Made by a program: the position numbers and the translations under genes
Origin: Eledone cirrhosa
Lineage: Eukaryota
NCBI GenBank assembly: GCA_964016885.1
Contig: OZ024763.1
Location: 16,492,001 to 16,556,000, forward strand
Length of the DNA: 64,000 nt
Direction: 5' to 3'
The notes under the pieces: model-generated
What the model was told of the DNA's origin: nothing
What the model saw: the letters and a program-made list of their open reading frames with translations, nothing else
Databases searched by the model: none
Part shown: piece by piece, positions 60,918 through 64,000 of the stretch
How positions within the stretch are numbered: the first letter of the stretch is position 1
Layout: each line of letters begins with the position of its first letter

Positions 60918-62032
60918 ATCATCATCATCATTTTACGTCTGCTTTTCCCTGCTTGCAAGGGTGGGACGTGTCCTATTCTGCACAGCATCTCTCCACTTGT
61001 CACGGTCCTTCGTCATCTCCTTCGTGAGTTTCAGCGAGCTGAGGTCTGCTCTCACCACCTCCGCCCATGTTTATCGTGGTCTTCCTCTACTGCATCTTCC
61101 TTCTACTGGGATTTCTTGGCACTTCTTTACCCAGCGGTCATCCTCCATGCACATCACATGTCCATACCATCTCAGTCTTCTCTCCTGCACACTACAACTT
61201 ATCCCTCTTATACCCAGTTTCTTTCTCAACTCATCTATGCTTTGTTGTTCACGCACATTGACATTGCACATCCAACGGAGCATGCTTGCTTCATTTCTCT
61301 CCAGCTGTCGCATATCCTCTGCAGTTGCTGCCCACGTCTCACTATCATGCAGCATCACGCATCTCACACAGGCATCATATAACCGGCCTTTCATACGCAG
61401 GGAGAAACCCTTCTTTGTCAACAAAGGAAGCAGCTCCCTAAATTTCTACCAACCCGTCCTTATTCTAGATACTATGGCCTCGGAACACCCCCGTCCCATG
61501 CTAATCTGATCACCTATGTACTGGAAGCTATCAACCACTTCTATAGAACCCACCTGCATTTGAAAAATGTGTCTATCACTGTGATTACTACTGTCAACTT
61601 TCCCTGTACATCTACTGCATACGTAGTTTTCCCTACCTGTTAGTTTGCCTGCTATCCTGTTCCATCTCTTGTGTACCCAAGATCTGCATTGCATATGTTT
61701 TATAGAATTTATGCCAGTTCCTTTTCTGCATATCGAACATGGCCATTTCCCTGACGGAATCAGAGTTTTGTCCTCTTTTCTACTCATCAACACTTTTGTC
61801 TTAGCTAGATTTACTCTCAGTCCTCTTGCTTCCAACTGCTATTTCCATAGCCAGAATTTATTCTCTAGCTCCTCTACTGATTCTGCTATAAGAACCAGAT
61901 CGTCAGCATAGAGAAGTTCCCATGGACAGCCAGCCTTAAACTCCTCTGTTATGGCTTGGAGGACTATAATGAACAAGAGCGGGCTGAGGACTGAACCCTG
62001 ATATACTCCTACTTGTATCAGGAATTCTTCAC
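60918..62032 (-). pseudogene. 5'-truncated, frameshifted RTE LINE (second subfamily)
   Basis: Three ORF pieces (GVYQGSVLSPLLF, LLYADD; KWPCSIC..WVHKR; RRLRWYGHV, GRPR) homologous to the 16-kb RTE. (GAT)n tail, (TA)n flanks. Confidence 0.9.
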
Positions 62033-62242
62033 TAATTAATGATATATATGTATATATATGAATGTATATATATGTATATGTAAGTATTCTGTTATTAATT
62101 CTGGCAATATTACACATATATATATATATATAAGTATATGTATGTATATGTATATATATATGTATGTATATGTATATATATATATGTATGTATATATATA
62201 TATGTAAGTATATGTATGTAGATATTTAAGTATATATATATA

Positions 62243-62592
62243 TGTAGCGGTTGTCTCCCTTGTTTTGATTGGGATCTAGACGGGAAGTAGAACCCTTTCT
62301 GCAACTTCCGGTCAGAGCCCTATAAAACTAACAACTTTAAGCTTTCTAACTCTCTTTGCCTTTTCGGCACCAGGTCAAGAGCCTCTTATTTGGCTCTGCC
62401 ATTAATTTGGCCAACAGATGCCTGGCCTTAGCCAGGCGTCCTCTGCCAGCCGCGTTTGCCTGGCAATCAAAACGGTAACTACTAACTTTGTTTCATTCTA
62501 ACATCTATCTTTGACATGTCAACTATACTATCTACCATTGTTAATTAAATATTATACACACAAACCATGGCTCGTTTTGTTACATTCATACA
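62243..62592 (+). mobile_element. Possible solo LTR
   Basis: Starts TGTAGCGG after (TA)n, TATAAAA at 62321, ATTAAA near 62544, candidate ...ACA ends at 62584 or 62592. No TSD verified. Confidence 0.35.
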
Positions 62593-62596
62593 ACCC

Positions 62597-64000
62597 CAGT
62601 AATCTCGCTATATTGGTAACCCTGACGTGATACGAACACGCAGCCGTTCATCGCTATAAGTGGTCACCCCCCCAAAAAATAAAAAAATAGCACATCTGGT
62701 TTTGTGAGTAACATTACGAATACACAGTAAATTTATCGACAAACTATGAAAATACTCAGTAAAAGAAACACGCACACACGCACATGTGGAATTCGCACAG
62801 ACAGACTTTTTCTCTCACGCATCAACTAACTGTCGCATTTCACCAATATATATATATATATATGTTTCTCGTTTCTCACAACGAACACTTTCAAAACAAA
62901 AAAAAAAAAAAAAACATTTCACGATATATATATATGTTTCTCGTTTCTTACAACGAACTCTTTCAAAACACAAAAAAAAAAAAAAAAAAATTGATATTCT
63001 TTAAAAAACATTTCAACAGGAACATTTATTTTCGATGAACCATTGCCTTTTTGTTCATCGTTTTCTTCATCGTTCAAGTTTTTTGTTTTTTTCCAAAGTT
63101 CACACCAATAATTATGCTGAGTGAAGCCTTTCTTTTTCATCATTGTCACTTTCAACATTGCACTATCATTTTCTCGCGCGTTAGAAATATTATTTTTTTT
63201 CAACCTTGTATTGGCACGTATAGGCAGCACAAATTCTCGATTCACAGAGATGTCTCTACTCACAGACAGCCGCACGCCAGAGATAACATTTCTCACCAGG
63301 GATTCTTCAGCCTTAAGCTATATTCTTCTATTTGCCGGTTTATAAATTTACAATGTAAATTTACAGTTGATAACCGCGCATTTATTAAGAACGCTTATTT
63401 CTCTGGTCGCTGGCCTCTTGACCCTTCCAGGTCAACGCATTCTCAACATCGACCATCAACTTCGGCTGCTATTTCTAGCACTTTGCGCAACTCATTTTTT
63501 CTAAAAAAAATTTTTTTTACTGTGAATTTAAACACCGAATACACTCACTCAGCGAGACAACAGCAGCAGCAACAGCAATATAACAGCAACAGCAATACAT
63601 CAATACAGCTTCACCAAAGCCAGAGAATTCATTTTTGCAGCACTCTTCCTGTGAGAAAATCCATTCGGAGGTTGGAAATTTCACGATATACCACAGAACA
63701 GAAACCACCTGCATTCATTCTCTGGAACACACTTTCTTTCCTGCTGTCATGTGATTGCACACCTGTGAACTATATTTTGTACATTTGAACTTTGAGCTCT
63801 TCTATTACTTTTACTTTATTACATTGTATCTTTGGGTGATGGATAGATGGATGTCCAGTCGTTCTCTGGCCAAGAGCGGTTGACTACCTTGATATCTATC
63901 ATTGATTTTTCCAAACATTCTTTTGTCGTAATTTTCATGCCTGTTACAACATTCTCGCCAACTTGCTACATATTTTCATTTCGATTTTTATACACTAAAA
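62597..64000 (-). mobile_element. Possible highly decayed pogo/Tigger-like DNA transposon
   Basis: 'cagtaatctcgctatat' resembles Tigger-type termini. Weak transposase-like peptides (LMVDVENALTW; ECCKNEFSGF) with many stops. Confidence 0.25.

Overview
Repeat-dominated animal genomic DNA, most likely a cephalopod such as Octopus. That call is inferred from the SINE/RTE repertoire and the extreme microsatellite load. No host protein-coding gene can be supported, and most long ORFs in the track are translations of simple repeats. Mobile elements: an apparently intact full-length Tx1/L1-clade retrotransposon (40550-46198, minus) plus three truncated relatives; a 5'-truncated Penelope-like element (RT + GIY-YIG, 22651-~26225) with a hammerhead-bearing pseudo-LTR; several RTE-clade LINE fragments, two with a PHD-type finger inside the RT; an R4/Dong-like 3' end; several tRNA-SINE families; a deleted mariner; a non-autonomous Helitron; a probable solo LTR. 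At least four minisatellites grew out of RTE sequence. The most striking unannotated signal is a set of sequence-unrelated fold-back (palindromic) mini-elements next to (TA)n tracts. Each has a one-sided tail and a complete or degenerate minimal hammerhead ribozyme core, best read as inverted Penelope pseudo-LTR remnants or non-autonomous derivatives. One is nested inside another with an 11-bp TSD. All alignments and RNA folds were done by eye, so boundaries are approximate.
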